From a virus (Duplodnaviria; Caudoviricetes): a stretch of 64,000 nucleotides of DNA. The stretch lies in the IMG/VR virus record IMGVR_UViG_3300022677_000027, positions 32,001-96,000 of that record, one strand, 5' to 3'. Under the pieces are notes generated by a model, which did not search any database, was not told the DNA's origin, and was given only the letters and a program-made list of their open reading frames with translations. Position 1 is the first letter of the stretch. Each line of letters begins with the position of its first letter. The translations under genes were made by a program, and so were the position numbers. Positions 63,456 through 64,000 of this stretch are shown piece after piece.

Positions 63456-63670
63456 TGAGCAAGGGACATAGAGACAACCATAAGGCTAGAAAAAAAAGAG
63501 GGAGTGTGGCTTTTGAAAAGAAAAAGAAAAGAAGAACTGTCAAAAAACCAAAGTGCCAGATCTGTGGAGAGCCCACGAGACCAAGAGTTTTGTTTAGTGG
63601 GTTGTGTCCAAGGTGCGTGAAGCTGATATTAAAAAGAGAAGAGGTGACGAATCAGAGCCGTGTGACCTGA
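63452..63670 (+). CDS. Basic Zn-finger protein
   Basis: CQIC...CPRC, ATGA overlap. Confidence 0.65.
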   Translation: MMSKGHRDNHKARKKRGSVAFEKKKKRRTVKKPKCQICGEPTRPRVLFSGLCPRCVKLILKREEVTNQSRVT

Positions 63671-63782
63671 ATTCGGGAGTGTTTGTATTAAGAAAGTATT
63701 TTTGTTCTTCAGAAGGGACGTCAGGTGTTCTGAAAGTGATAAAATATGGTTAAAAAGGCACCAGAAAAAGTGTAAATAATGC

Positions 63783-63811
63783 TTGTGTCTCCTATATAGC
63801 TGGTATATAGT
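63783..63811 (+). promoter_or_regulatory. Sigma70-type promoter
   Basis: TTGTGT-17 bp-TATAGT. Shares TGGTATATA with the 61084 promoter. Confidence 0.6.
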
Positions 63812-63838
63812 AAAATGTAAGCCATAGGAGGGCCACAT

Positions 63839-64000
63839 ATGAACTGGAAGCGCACCAAGGAAGAGGGTGAGCTGTGGGGCACATACTATCCAGTATCGCG
63901 GGAGACACTGGATAGAGAGAGGATAATCGCCAGGGAGGGCGAACCCCACTTTCCGCCAGAATACAAACAAGCCGTGATAGAGGAAATGCAACGAGAGGAA
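63839..64000 (+). CDS. Partial hypothetical protein
   Basis: AGGAGG SD. MNWKRTKEEGELWG..., open to the window end. Confidence 0.6.
   Translation, partial: MNWKRTKEEGELWGTYYPVSRETLDRERIIAREGEPHFPPEYKQAVIEEMQREE

Noticed and set aside
1-64000. Stop-codon recoding, tRNA genes, integrase or Mu transposase
   Set aside because: Long genes are intact in the standard code and use all three stops. No tRNA cloverleaf, recombinase or DDE transposase was recognised. Mu-like head genes alone do not imply a transposable phage.

Overview
This window is about 64 kb of a large tailed phage genome (siphovirus-type, standard genetic code). 1-41914 (minus strand) is a complete virion operon. It has Mu-like terminase, portal and prohead protease, two decoration-like proteins and a lambda-gpE-like major capsid protein. 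The tail genes include two paralogous tail tube proteins, two paralogous tail chaperones, a 2665-aa tape measure, two paralogous Dit/DUF2460-like proteins, gpL/gpK/gpJ-like tail tip proteins, a GT9-like glycosyltransferase and fibre/spike genes. 42132-49896 (plus strand) holds a 5'-3' exonuclease, a CHAP endolysin, a C39-like peptidase, FN3 envelope proteins and a TnpB/IS200-IS605 right-end remnant. It also holds an array of integron-type attC sites separating small Cys-rich genes (46216-48260), with no integrase in the window. After tandem repeats at 50326-50461, a 924-bp block has only 4 GA and no TC dinucleotides. It encodes a 204-aa protein with no Asp and one Glu, and probably marks the first-injected genome end. 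Next comes an early-type region of small genes punctuated by repeated, covarying hairpin modules, plus an HD hydrolase, a PnuC-like protein and a MoxR AAA+/VWA pair. A second repeat block and a sigma70 promoter (60802-61112) precede a TA-depleted gene block. All family assignments come from motifs recognised by eye and all counts were made by hand; no database searches were run.
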